A stretch of DNA of 63,546 nt, counting the filler, from Octopus bimaculoides (taxonomy: Eukaryota): assembly GCF_001194135.2 (NCBI RefSeq). It is 4 parts of 4 records of this genome, joined end to end, with 100 filler letters (N's around TTAATTAATTAA, not from the genome) between each part and the next. Parts side by side here need not be neighbours in the genome. Positions count along the whole stretch, not along the records: positions 1 to 29,162 come from NC_069004.1; 3 more parts are not named here. One strand, 5' to 3'. Each line of letters begins with the position of its first letter. Positions within the stretch are counted from its first letter, which is position 1. A program made the position numbers and the translations under genes. Positions 10,283 to 22,669 of the stretch are shown in pieces. The notes beneath the pieces are model-generated. The model did no database searches, was not told the DNA's origin, and saw only the letters and a list, made by a program, of their open reading frames with translations.

Positions 10283-13200
10283 CAATTTATCTAGTTCTTT
10301 CTGCAACTCGAAATATTTTGTAGAGTTTGTTTCTGCAAGTTCTTTCGACCAAACGGCACCTTTTATTATAGTAAATCTTCCACTAATCCTCAGTGGTCTT
10401 CCTTGTATTTCTGCTTCAGGAGTGCTTTTCCATGGAATTTCTGTAGAGAAACTGTTATTTGTAGTAGTAGTAGTATCCTTATCTGTAGTTGTAGTAGAAG
10501 TAGTAGTTGTAGTAGCAACCGTTTCAACAATAATAGCTGTTGTAGTTGCTGCTGTTGTTGATGTAGTTGCTGCTGTTGTTGGTATTGTTGTTGTTGTCGC
10601 TGCAGAAGTACTTGCTTCACTAGTGTCTATTGTACTACGTGCAGTGGAACCCAGTGTGGATGAGGGAGCTATCGATGTGCTTTCTGTTTCTGTTTCATTT
10701 AAGTTCTTGGGTTTTGACTTGGTTGACAAAGTAGGTACAGTGCTGCTTGTGGCGGTTGTCAAATCTTCAGAACTTGTCTCGCTCACTGTTTCATTATCTG
10801 TCGTAGATGATGTGGGAAGCTGGGACCACGATGTTGTAGGTTCGGTCGTAGAGGGAGTGTTTGTAGATCCAGCCGTGGGCGAGGTTGTTGGAAGTTCGGT
10901 TGCAGGAAAGATTATTGGAAGTTCGGTGGTGGGCGAGGTCGTCGGAGGTTCGGTTGTGGGCGGGGTCGTCGGAGGTTCGGTTGTAGGCAAGGTCGTTAGA
11001 GGTTCGGTTGCTGAAGGTTCGGTTGTTANNNNNNNNNNNNNNNNNNNNNNNNNNNNNNNNNNNNNNNNNNNNNNNNNNNNNNNNNNNNNNNNNNNNNNNN
11101 NNNNNNNNNNNNNNNNNNNNNNNNNNNNNNNNNNNNNNNNNNNNNNNNNNNNNNNNNNNNNNNNNNNNNNNNNNNNNNNNNNNNNNNNNNNNNNNNNNNN
11201 NNNNNNNNNNNNNNNNNNNNNNNNNNNNNNNNNNNNNNNNNNNNNNNNNNNNNNNNNNNNNNNNNNNGGAGTTGTAGGTTCAGTTGTGGGAAGGGTTGTT
11301 GTAGCTTCGGATATGGGCGGGGTTATTGAAGGCTCGGTTATGGCTGGGGTTGTAGATTCGGTTGTAGATGGGATTGTTGGAAATTCGATTATAGGCGGGG
11401 TTGTTGGAGGTTCGGTTGTGGGTGGGGTTGCTGGAGGTTCGGTTGTGGGTGGGGTTGTTGGAGGTTCGGTTGTGAGCAGAGTGGTTGCGGTCTGAGTTAT
11501 TAGTGAATCTGTTGAGGGTACGGTTGTGTTCGAAGTCGCTGAAGATTCACTTGTACCCGGGGTGGTTGAAGACTCAAATATTATAGGGATGACTGAAGTT
11601 TCTGTTGTTGCTTCATTCGTGGACGAAGACCCGGATGTAATTGTAGCGGGTAGAGATTGGTGGCTGATCGGGGTGATTGTAGATGGTTCAGATGTGGTTG
11701 AAATGTATGAAGGCTCGTATGTGGTTGGGTTAGTGGGAAATTCCGGTGTGATCGAGGCGGATGCAGACTCGGATGTAGTTGAGCTGGCTACATCAGTTTG
11801 TGAGCTCACAGGTACCTGAACAGTTGAAGAAAAATTTGAAAGTAATGTGTCTGATGTAGTTTGAGATAACGTCGATGATTCATTTACTGTTAGGCCGACT
11901 GATTCATCTGTTGATGCCACAATGGTACTCTGAGTCGTTATAGATGACTCACCAGTGTCCCGAGTGGCTGTTGAAAGATTTGTTATGTCCAGGTTGAGGG
12001 TTGAGGTTTCAGTAATGCTCTGTGTAGCTGCTGAGGCGTCAACAGTGCTCTGGTTGACTGTCAAGAAATCAAATGTGCTTTGGGGAAGAGTTGAGGATTC
12101 TGGTGAGCTTTCGGTGACTTTCGAGAACTCAGTTGTACCCTTTGTTTCTGTTGCAGTCTCAGTTGTATCTTGAAGTGTTTTTGAAGACTCAGATGTGAAG
12201 TCAGTTGCTTGTGTAGTAGGCGTTTCATCTAAGAACTGGGTCGTTGTAGCCTGGGAAGTTGAAAAGGATGTAGTTTCTAAGTCGGATGAAAATAACCCAT
12301 CAGTTAACTGGACGAATGTATGTGCTGCAGGAGTAGAGGGTTCATCTGTACTAGGAATGACTGTAGACGACTCAGACACAGCCTGTATTGGTGTAGTAAT
12401 TTCATTTGTGAATGATTCAGTTATATACTGAGACGACGGTGATGATGAAGATGTTGATGTTGATGATGACGATGACAATTCACCATTGAAAAGAGTGGAC
12501 ACAGGTGCACTTGAAGTAGATGTAAGGTCTTCATTTGTAGACTTTGTGTTCGTAAACTGCTCGACTGTTGACTGGATGGAGTGAACTGATAATGTAACAT
12601 TATTTGATTCAGTAGTTGACTGAAGGTCACTAGTTGGCCCCACTGACTGAACGTCTGTAGGCTGCTCAGTACTAGACTGTGCAGCTGTAGTTGTCCCAAC
12701 CGTAGTCAACTCAACAGTAGCTGTTCCAGCTGTAGTCGAGTGAACTGAAGTTGGTTCGACTGTAGTCGGCTCATTTGTTGACTCAACTGTCATCATCTCA
12801 ACTGTAGTCAGATCAACTGTACTCGGTTCAACTGTACTCGGTTCAACTGTACTCGGTTCAACTGCACTCGGCTCAACTGTACTCGGTTCAAATGTAGTCA
12901 GCTCAATTGTAGTCGGCTCAACTGTGGTCGGCTCAACTGTTGTCCCAACTATAGTTGCCTCAACTGTGCCTATCCGAGGAGTAGTCAGCTCAACTGTAGT
13001 TTTCCCCACTGTAGATGTCGGAGTTGTAGTTGCTTCAGCTGTGCTTCTCTGAGCTGAAGTCGTCTCAACGGTAGCCGGTTCAACTGTAGTCGGCTCAACT
13101 GTAGTTAGCTCAGCTGTTGTCGGTTCAACTGTAGTCGGTTCAACTGTAGTTAGGTCAACTGTAGTCTGTTCAAGTGAAGTCGGCTCAACTGTAGTTGATT

Positions 13201-15681
13201 CAACTTTTATCAGGTCAATTGTTGTTGTCTCAGGTGTAGTCGTCTCAACTGTACTCGGTTCAGTTGTTTCAGTTGTAGTTTTTTCGACTGTATTTATCCG
13301 AGGTGTAGTCGGTTTAACTGTAGTCGAATCAACTGTAGTCGACTCAACTGTAGTCGACTCAACTGTAGTCGACTCAACTGTAGTTAGCTCAACTGTAGTC
13401 GGCTCAACTGTAGTCGATTCAACTGTAGTCGGCTCAACTGTAGTCGGCTCGACTGTAGTTGTCCTAGCTGTCGGCTCACGTGTAGTTAGCTCAACTATAG
13501 GCGGTTCAGTTGTAGTTGTCCTAGCTGTAGTCGGCTCCACTGTCGTCGACTCAACTGTAGTTAGCTCAACTGTAGTCGGCTCAACTGTAGTTAGCTCAAC
13601 TATAGTCGGCTCAACTGTAGTTAGCTCAATTACAGTCGGCTCAACTGTAGTTAGCTCAACTGTAGTCGGCTCGGCTGTAGTTATCTTAGCTGTAGTCGAC
13701 TCAACTGTAGTCGGTTTATTTGTTGTTATCCTAGTTGTCGTGGGCTCGCCTGTTATCCCAACTGTAGTAGCTTCAATTGTATTTATCCGTGCTGTAGTGG
13801 GCTCAACGGTTGTCCCAGCTGTGGCTGCCTCAACTGTGCTTGTTTGAGCTGTAGTTGGCTCATCCGTAATCGAACCAACTGTAGTTGTCCCAGTTGTAGT
13901 TGACTGAACTGTAGTCGGCTCAATTGTTGTGGCCTCAAGTGTAGACGTCTCAACTGTAGTTGTTCTCGCCGTAGTTGTTTCATCTATAGTTGCTTCGGTA
14001 GTACTCCTCTGAGTCATAGCCGGCTCAACTGTTGTGGTCTCTGCTGTAGTCAGCTTGGCTGTAGTTGTCCCCGATGTAGTCGGCTCAAGTGTAGTCGCTT
14101 CAGATGTGGTTGTGTCAGCTACAGCTGTTTCAGCTCCAGGCAGTTTGTTTGTGGTCAATGTAGCTGTAGCTGAGCTAGCTGTAGGTAGTTCAAACGTATC
14201 TCTCTCTGTTGTTGTCGGTTTAACTGTAGTTGTCTCAGCTGTAAACTGAGTAGGAGTTGTCAGTTCAGTTGGTGACTGGGAAGCTGTATGCTGATTAGTT
14301 GCAGCTGGAATTGCAGAAGTCGCATTGCTCTCAGAGTGAGGGACTATAATATCAGATGTTATATGCTGATTGGGTGTGTATTGCTTATCTGCAGACGAAA
14401 TAGTTGCAAATGATTCGGAGACAGACTGAGTAGCTGTAGACTGAGTGTGTGTAGGCTGAGTAGTTACAGATGAACTCATTCTAGACTGAGTCCCTATAGA
14501 AGCGATTTCTTTTGCTAGAGACTCAGCAGAAGAGGGAGTGACTTTTGACTTAGAGTTAGTACTCTGATTAATCGTAGATTGTGTAGTTGTAGACTCTGGC
14601 ACTGGAGTTTGAGAGTCTGTAGATTGATCTGTCACGGATTTGGCAGGCGAAGACTGCTTGGTCGTTGACTGAGTTGTCGCAGTTTGGGTGGCTGCAGCGG
14701 CATTAATTGTGGATTGAGTAACTATCGACTGAGCTACCATGGTCGTAAGAACTACAGATAAACTAGGTTTAGTGCTAACATCTGAGGAAACATCATTTGG
14801 ATGATTCGTTGACAATTTTGTATTTGTTGTTGGATGAGTCCCTGAGAATATTGTTGGTAATGATGGTGGTATGGTTTTACCGACAAGATTTGCGTTATTG
14901 AGAATGGCGCCCTCTTCTGTTGCAACCCTTTTGGAAGTTGTCGGAATCACCCGTGAAATCGTTGTTTTTGATGCTATCGTTTGCGGCACTGAAGTTATCT
15001 GCTGCTTGATCGCTGTCGTCTGGTATTCAACATAGCCTCCTAACGAGTAATTAGAATCACTCTGTTTTAGATTCAATTTCACTGTTTCTGGAGAGACACC
15101 AAACGAATTATCATTGTCTTCTGAATAAGTTTTCAATGAAAATTCTTGCCGTGAATCATCATTCGTTTGGTTATTTTGCTTTTCTTCTTCATGCAACGAT
15201 TCACTGCGAACTGTGGGGTTCATTGTAGCTACAAAATGTTCCGCTCCCTTCATAATAACTGGGGTATTTTCTTCCAAATGTGATTTGTCTGAAGTAACAT
15301 TTTTCAGATTTGTCACTTCGTGATCGGTGGATGTGATGATTCTCGAATCGTTGTTAATTGGAGCCGTTGTTTTCAATGCTTCCCGTGCTTGATCTACAGC
15401 ATTCGCTGAAGTAATTTCTAACAGAGGATGTGCAACGGTTGCTAGTGACAACGAACTTGGCGTCGTTACAAACCGATGTACATCGTTAGGTTTTAAAGTC
15501 GTTTGACTAAGAGAAGTTGCTGTATGAAAGATATTTGAGACGAAACTTAAATGCTTCTTTTCATCTAAACCTGGTTCAGTCGAACTAAAAGAATCCGGAA
15601 ATTTTGAAAACGACAACTCTTCGCCTTGAGAGAACTGATTGGTTGGTGAAGTATAGTTTCCAGTAAAATCTGCTCGGGACT
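10283..15681 (-). CDS. Transmembrane mucin, giant Pro/Thr/Ser exon plus start of SEA domain (...PLRISGRFTIIKGAVWSKELAETNSTKYFELQKELDKL)
   Basis: About 1800 codons open on the minus strand, interrupted by an N-gap at 11029-11267. Extremely T/S/E/P/V-rich. Acceptor ttttttccttctattacag|AG (phase 1) and donor TTG|GTTGGT (phase 0). The ORF-track extension to 15865 is SINE-derived. Confidence 0.92.
10905..11470 (-). repeat. Coding ~27-bp tandem repeat (TEPPTTPPT-type nonapeptide), partly in a gap
   Basis: Repeated ggaggttcggttgtgggtggggttgtt on the plus strand; TEPPTTPPT / TEPPATPPT / TELPTTSPT in translation. Confidence 0.85.
12775..14110 (-). repeat. Coding 15-bp tandem repeat (V-E-[P/S/L]-T-T pentapeptide)
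   Basis: Dozens of ctcaactgtagtcgg-like units on the plus strand; VEPTT/VESTT/VELTT in translation. Confidence 0.9.
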
Positions 15682-15724
15682 CTGTAATAGAAGGAAAAAA
15701 AGCTTTAGTATTATAATGGTTTCC

Positions 15725-15910
15725 AATTTTGGGGAACAGGGCCAGCAATTTTAGGGGGCGAGGGTTGTCGGAGTAATTTATTTTATCGACCCCGAAAGGA
15801 TGAAAGGCAAAGTCGACTTCGGTGGAATCTGAACTCAAAACATAAAACCGGAAGAAAAGACGCAAAGTATTTTGTCCGACATGCTAATGATTCAGCCAGC
15901 TCACCGCCTT
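15725..15910 (-). mobile_element. SINE family A immediately upstream of the giant-exon acceptor
   Basis: atcgaccccgaaaggatgaaaggcaaagtcgac...gccagctcaccgcctt; followed by (AAT)n at 15911-15999. Confidence 0.85.
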
Positions 15911-15926
15911 AATAATAATAATAATG

Positions 15927-15999
<73 letters not shown>

Positions 16000-16000
<1 letters not shown>

Positions 16001-16207
16001 TCTTTCTACTTAAGGCACAAGGCATGAAATTTGGCGGGAGGAGGTAAGTCGATTACATCGACCCCAGTGTTTCACTGGTACTTAATTTATTGACCCCGAA
16101 AGAAAGACAGAAAAAGTCGACCTCGGTGGTATTTGAACTCAAAACGTGAACACGGACGAAATACTGCTAAGCATTTCGTCCGGCGTGTTAACGATTCTGT
16201 CAGCTCG
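16000..16207 (-). mobile_element. SINE family A (tail B)
   Basis: ggcacaaggc...taagtcgattacatcgaccccagtg...gtcgacctcggtggtatttgaactc...gccagctcgc. Confidence 0.85.
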
Positions 16208-16844
16208 CAAATTGACAAAATGAAAATTGACAAAATGATCTGTCGGTGAAGACGGCCCACAAATCCATCGTAAATAAAAACGAACTAGACATTACATCCT
16301 TGAATGCAGCAGCTAGCTAGACAGAAAGACAGAGATAAAGAAGCGAAAATGATCGACCAAGCAGTGGTACTTTATTTATCGACCCTCGGAAGGAAGAAAG
16401 GCAAAGTTGACCTGGACGGGAATTTGAACGCATAACATCAAGAGTCCGAACTGATCATGGTTACAAAACAACAAGACACGTATACAAGATGTGGGGGTGG
16501 TTTGTGTGTATGGATATGTTTAATGATGTGTACGATGTTTGTGTGTGTGTGTGTGTAAATAAAGGGCGTGAAGATGGGGAAGAGCACCACACCTAAAACG
16601 TAAATATATTAAGATATTTTATTCAAGAAAGAATTCCATTGATTTCCTCGTTTAGAATATATTAAGGAATGTGTAGGTGTGTGTTGTGAGTGCTATGTGC
16701 ACATGTCACTTCTCTATTTCTGTAATGGTCGTTCATATTTCAGTCAATTAGTCAATCTCTCTTACTTTTTCCTTTCCTCTGATTCAATATTTCTTTCTCC
16801 CTTTCTTTCGTTTAATCTACTACTTCTCTTTCTCCTACATTTTA

Positions 16845-16876
<32 letters not shown>

Positions 16877-17538
16877 AAGGCGGCGAGCTGGCAGAAACAT
16901 TAGCACGCCGGGCGAAATGCTTAGCAGTATTTCGTCTGCCGTTACGTTCTTTTTTCCATCTAATTATTTCTTCTATATCTCTACGCCTACCGTAGAAAAA
17001 ATCCTACATAATGTAATAAGAAAATCACTTTGGAACACCTCGTCACCTTGTCCCCGAATTCATGTCTATTTATAACCTCTAACTCGTCAGCAGTCTCACA
17101 CTTTCGTACCTCAACTTTTAAGACCGGTGTTGCCTGCCTGCCTGCCTGCCTGCCTGCTTGGAAAACCACATTTAAGAAAATAAATTACTATCTCCACCAC
17201 CCGTCCACGATTAAAACAACGACAAATACATTGCTGTGATTGGTTATTACACGTGTCCAAGGTTTTCTTAACCTGAAAACGAAAATCCGGTGAATATATA
17301 CATATAAAGCACGACTAGTTCGTTAAAAGCATTGTATTATAGTGTACTATATTATAGTACACCAGTTAAGTAGAATTCCATTAAGAGGCGACTCTTCATA
17401 TGTCGTTGATAAGACTGCAGATGGGAATTATTATTATTATTATTATTATTAATAAATATTTTAAGATGACTGCGATTAAGTCAGCCAGATATGAAATCGC
17501 GTGCGTGCATGCATGCACACATATGTATATGTATATAT

Positions 17539-17769
17539 ATTTCTTTATTGCCCACAGGGGGCTAACCATAGAGGGGACAAACAAGGACAGACAATGAGAT
17601 TAAGTCGATTACATCGACCCCAGTGCGTAACTGGTACTTATTTAATCGACCCCGAAAGGATGAAAGGCAAAGTCGACCTCGGCGGAATTTGAACTCAGAA
17701 CGTAGCGGCAGACGAAATACTGCTAAGCATTTCGCCCGGCGTGCTAATGTTTCTGCCAGTTCGCCGCCT
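17539..17769 (-). mobile_element. SINE family A, full length (tail A)
   Basis: Complete head, core and tail (tatttctttattgcccacaggggg...); near-identical to the 19002 and 27048 copies. Confidence 0.9.
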
Positions 17770-17907
17770 GTATCGACCGTGTGATGTACTAAGGAGCCAT
17801 TCTCGTCACCTCGCTTCGCACGGACGTTAATCCATATATAAGCATACATGTATATGTTTGTATGTATGTATGTATGTATGTATGTATGTATGCATACATG
17901 CATGTAT

Positions 17908-17951
<44 letters not shown>

Positions 17952-19001
17952 NNNNNNNNNNNNNNNNNNNNNNNNNNNNNNNNNNNNNNNNNNNNNNNNN
18001 NNNNNNNNNNNNNNNNNNNNNNNNNNNNNNNNNNNNNNNNNNNNNNNNNNNNNNNNNNNNNNNNNNNNNNNNNNNNNNNNNNNNNNNNNNNNNNNNNNNN
18101 NNNNNNNNNNNNNNNNNNNNNNNNNNNNNNNNNNNNNNNNNNNNNNNNNNNNNNNNNNNNNNNNNNNNNNNNNNNNNNNNNNNNNNNNNNNNNNNNNNNN
18201 NNNNNNNNNNNNNNNNNNNNNNNNNNNNNNNNNNNNNNNNNNNNNNNNNNNNNNNNNNNNNNNNNNNNNNNNNNNNNNNNNNNNNNNNNNNNNNNNNNNN
18301 NNNNNNNNNNNNNNNNNNNNNNNNNNNNNNNNNNNNNNNNNNNNNNNNNNNNNNNNNNNNNNNNNNNNNNNNNNNNNNNNNNNNNNNNNNNNNNNNNNNN
18401 NNNNNNNNNNNNNNNNNNNNNNNNNNNNNNNNNNNNNNNNNNNNNNNNNNNNNNNNNNNNNNNNNNNNNNNNNNNNNNNNNNNNNNNNNNNNNNNNNNNN
18501 NNNNNNNNNNNNNNNNNNNNNNNNNNNNNNNNNNNNNNNNNNNNNNNNNNNNNNNNNNNNNNNNNNNNNNNNNNNNNNNNNNNNNNNNNNNNNNNNNNNN
18601 NNNNNNNNNNNNNNNNNNNNNNNNNNNNNNNNNNNNNNNNNNNNNNNNNNNNNNNNNNNNNNNNNNNNNNNNNNNNNNNNNNNNNNNNNNNNNNNNNNNN
18701 NNNNNNNNNNNNNNNNNNNNNNNNNNNNNNNNNNNNNNNNNNNNNNNNNNNNNNNNNNNNNNNNNNNNNNNNNNNNNNNNNNNNNNNNNNNNNNNNNNNN
18801 NNNNNNNNNNNNNNNNNNNNNNNNNNNNNNNNNNNNNNNNNNNNNNNNNNNNNNNNNNNNNNNNNNNNNNNNNNNNNNNNNNNNNNNNNNNNNNNNNNNN
18901 NNNNNNNNNNNNNNNNNNNNNNNNNNNNNATTGTTTAAAATTCGTCTATTGTAAAACGTCTTTAAACTTCCCCACGTTTTATTTCTAATATTAAGGTAGC
19001 G

Positions 19002-19237
19002 AAGGCAGCGAGCTGGCAGAAACGTTAGCACGCCGGGCGAAATGCTTAGCGGTATCTTGTCTGTCTTTACGTTCTGAGTTCAAATTCCACCGAGGTCGAC
19101 TTTGCCTTTCATCCTTTCGAGGTCGGTAAATTAAGTACCAGTTACGCACTGGGGTCGATGTAATCGACTTAATCTCATTGTCTGTCCTTGTTTGTCCCCT
19201 CTATGTTTAGCCCCTTGTGGGCAATAAAGAAATAAAT
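19002..19237 (+). mobile_element. SINE family A, full length (tail A)
   Basis: aaggcagcgagctggcagaaacgttagc...gagttcaaattcc (B-box-like)...gccccttgtgggcaataaagaaata. Confidence 0.9.
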
Positions 19238-19901
19238 AAAATAAGTATGAAATAAGTATGGAATACGTATACGACTACGCCTTCTTCCCCTACCATCCAC
19301 TATCAACACTACTTATTCCTACCACAACAGTTCTACCACTACCGCCTTTACCGCTACCAACATGACCACCACTACTATTGTTACCCCCAACCAGGAGCAA
19401 TGCTACAGCCACTATGATATCTCTTTTCTCTGCAACATCCATCATACCTTCATCATCATCATCATCATCAGAAACACTACTAAAGCCGCCGTCACGACCA
19501 CCACCACCACCACCATCACTATCATTAGCTTCATCATCATCATCATCGTCATCATCATGACAACCACATTGACATCATCATTGTCGTCGTCGTCATCATC
19601 ATCATCGTCGTCGTCATCATCGTCGTCGTCACCGTCATCATAGTCATCACCATCGTTGACCTCATCATCATCATCATCATCGTAATGTCCAATGTCAACT
19701 GCTGCACGTGAGTCTTGTTGCCTCTGTCCAACCGCTTTCGAAGCCGTTGCCGCTGCTCCTACTATTAATAATAGGTTTTAAGTCGACAAACCTGCTGAAC
19801 TTGCAAGAGATTGAATATGGCTGGGTGGGAAAATGGACTGTCGTCTGGTTAGGAATGATACCTGTATACACGTCTATAACATATACATACATACATACAT
19901 G

Positions 19902-19937
<36 letters not shown>

Positions 19938-20077
19938 CAGATTTATGTGTGAATGTGTGTGTGTGTGTGTGTATATATATACATGCATACTTACATATAA
20001 ATGTATATACCTATGTATATATGCATGTATATAATATAGATTTATGTATTATGTATGCGTGTGTATATGTGTATGTG

Positions 20078-20111
<34 letters not shown>

Positions 20112-20267
20112 GAAAAATAAGGTCATCTCCTCCCCTATTTCCCCATTATCACCCTCACCCTCTTGCTACCGATTGCTTTTTTTTTAGCTAAACGCCTCAC
20201 GCTGATTCAAGCCTTGTCGGTAGTGTGAGGATATCTATCTTTCTCCCACCAGTCTCGGAAACCTTAC

Positions 20268-20350
20268 GAAGGTCATGAGTGCTGTCTTTTGTTCTCGAAG
20301 CAATAAAAATAGCACAAATTAAAAGGCATAAAAGAGCGGATGCTGTTAGA
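20268..20350 (-). CDS. Candidate signal-peptide exon of the mucin (LTASALLCLLICAIFIASRTKDSTHDL)
   Basis: Acceptor ttttgctgacgcag|T (phase 2) and donor CTT C|GTAAGG (phase 1, matching 15681); 83 nt with an 18-residue hydrophobic stretch. It could be a chance reading of T-rich DNA. Confidence 0.35.
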
Positions 20351-20654
20351 CTGCGTCAGCAAAAATCATTTCATAATAACAACAATAATAATGATAATAA
20401 TAATCCTACTATAGGCGCAAGACATGTAATAATAAAAGACATTTGCTACTTCCGAAAAACTCGACTTGTGAGAACACTTGCACGAAATGTCGGGATTCAC
20501 GTTTGCCCATGGCACACTACGTTAATCCAAATTTGTGAATTTTACTGCTGCAGCTTTTGCGCTTTTATATGTCATAACGACTGCGTTGCTTATTATTTAT
20601 AAGATGACATCTTTCACTCGGTATCATTTATTTTTTTAATATTATTTGTTTTGT

Positions 20655-20857
20655 TTTATTTCAGTCATTAGACTGCGACCATGCTGGGGCACCGCCTTGA
20701 GGGATTTTTTTTTTAGTCGAACTAATCGGCCATTGTACTTATTTTCTTTTTAAGCTCGGTACTTATTCTATCGATCTCTCTGTTGTCGAGCCGCTAAGTT
20801 ACGGAGATTTAAACACACCAACACCGGTTGTCAAGTGGTGGTGGGGGGACAAAGACT
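20655..20857 (-). mobile_element. 3' module of CORE-type SINE family C
   Basis: tttcagtcattagactgcgaccatgctggggcaccgcc...aaacacaccaacaccggttgtcaag. The same module occurs at 24030-24272, 29680-29880, 31125-31335, 41385-41456 and 46085-46170. Confidence 0.75.
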
Positions 20858-22027
20858 CAATGACACAAGCAGGTAAAGCTCGTTCTCGAGTCATATAGAC
20901 TCATAAGGACCTGTTTCCCTGCTTCCATGGCGTATAAATTCACCACAAGTACGGGACGCCGGTCCGTCGCAGGATTACTCATTTTTACCGCCTGAGTAGA
21001 CTGGAGCGATGTGAAAAAAAGTGTTCTCTTAAATGACTCAACGCATTGCCCGGTCCAGGAATCGAAACCACAATCTTGCAATCACGAGTTCAATAACCTC
21101 AACCACGTATCTGCATACACGGTATGGAAGTTTGACAAAATGTGCCTCATTCTTGGTTTATAGTTTGAGTAATAAGAGGCAAACACACACACAGATACTC
21201 GCATGTATGTATGTATGCATGCATGTGCATGGTGGGCCAAAAGTCACGCACCCAAATGTTTTTACATTTTGTTTATATTATCATCATCATTATTATTAAT
21301 ATTATTATCATTACACATTTCGTTCATCATGTACAAGTACGTGTGTATTCATCATTATTTTATTTGTTTTATTCAATTTTAGAAAAGTCGAAGCATGTCT
21401 TTGACAATTCCAGAGCGAATTGAACTTATTTTATGCGTGACTTTTGGCCTACCTTTATATATATATATATATATATNNNNNNNNNNATTCCGAAACGGAG
21501 CAGCGCATTGTCTCTCACACACATTACAAGCATATCTATACATATAAGTGATCTATTTGGGGACATCGGGAATGTTCTGAATATTTTTCAGCTGCAGAAT
21601 TCAAAACAAATTTATTCGCTTTATAATAATCTTTATCCATTAAAGTATGTGTGTGTGTGTGTACAAAAATACTCACGGACACACACATACATATAAATAT
21701 ATAGATAACTTTACATACATATATGCATGTGTATGTGTATATGTGATACAATCATATTTAACACGTTCATGTACGATCTAACGTAGGAAGACCTTTCGCT
21801 ACGAAATAGTCTCGGGAGAAAATTCTCCTCATAGACAATGTGTGAAAACACATCATCTTGCGATGAATTATGTCATTGGATGGAAGGACTCGTGCGCTTC
21901 TGCATCGTTACGCTTTAAGCCACGAATACCGAATTAGTCATCCGCGACCTTGTAAGAATAGTTGGTTTTATAATATAAGAATAGCAACTAGTATATTTGC
22001 TAAATGCGCAAAACCTAGTTAAGCTGA

Positions 22028-22311
<284 letters not shown>

Positions 22312-22669
22312 ACTATTTCCTAATATTACTTTACATATGTAACCAGTATTGCCCTCCTGTCTCTAGATAACTAAAGTTAACAACAGCGACACACTCTTTA
22401 ACTGATTTTAACATTAATTTTAATGACTTCGCAGGCACCATTTAAATCTCATTAAACTTCGAAGTGTGTCTGTGTGATTTCTTATTTGAATACAACAGGG
22501 CGAACCATATGTAATTCTATATGATTTATCACTACAGGAGGGATAGAAGAAAAAAGCAGGAACAGACAGAGAATCAAGGATGAATAGATGAAATGCAAAT
22601 CTTTGCAAATGTTTGCACGATAATGTCTGTAATCTTATGCTTAGTTGTTTATTTTAATTTTAGATACAT

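Noticed and set aside
10390-14249. Plus-strand Val/Gly-rich ORFs (10422-11495 etc.) and alternative-frame minus ORFs over the mucin exon
   Set aside because: These are antisense or frame shadows of Thr-codon repeats.
15682-15865. N-terminal 60 aa of the 1869-aa ORF (MRLFFRFYVLSSDSTEVDFAFHPFGVDK...)
   Set aside because: It translates a SINE-A copy. A strong acceptor at 15681 marks the real exon start.
16987-17169. Minus ORF ...TPVLKVEVRKCETADELEVINRHEFGDK
   Set aside because: It begins in a (CAGG)n microsatellite, with no convincing acceptor or donor and no domain match.
19792-19861. Possible 70-nt minus exon (tatacag|GTATCA...CAGCAG|GTTTGT; VSFLTRRQSIFPPSHIQSLASSA, phase 0 to 1)
   Set aside because: Splice sites are plausible, but the polypyrimidine tract is weak and there is no recognisable protein signal. 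It remains unresolved and needs RNA-seq.
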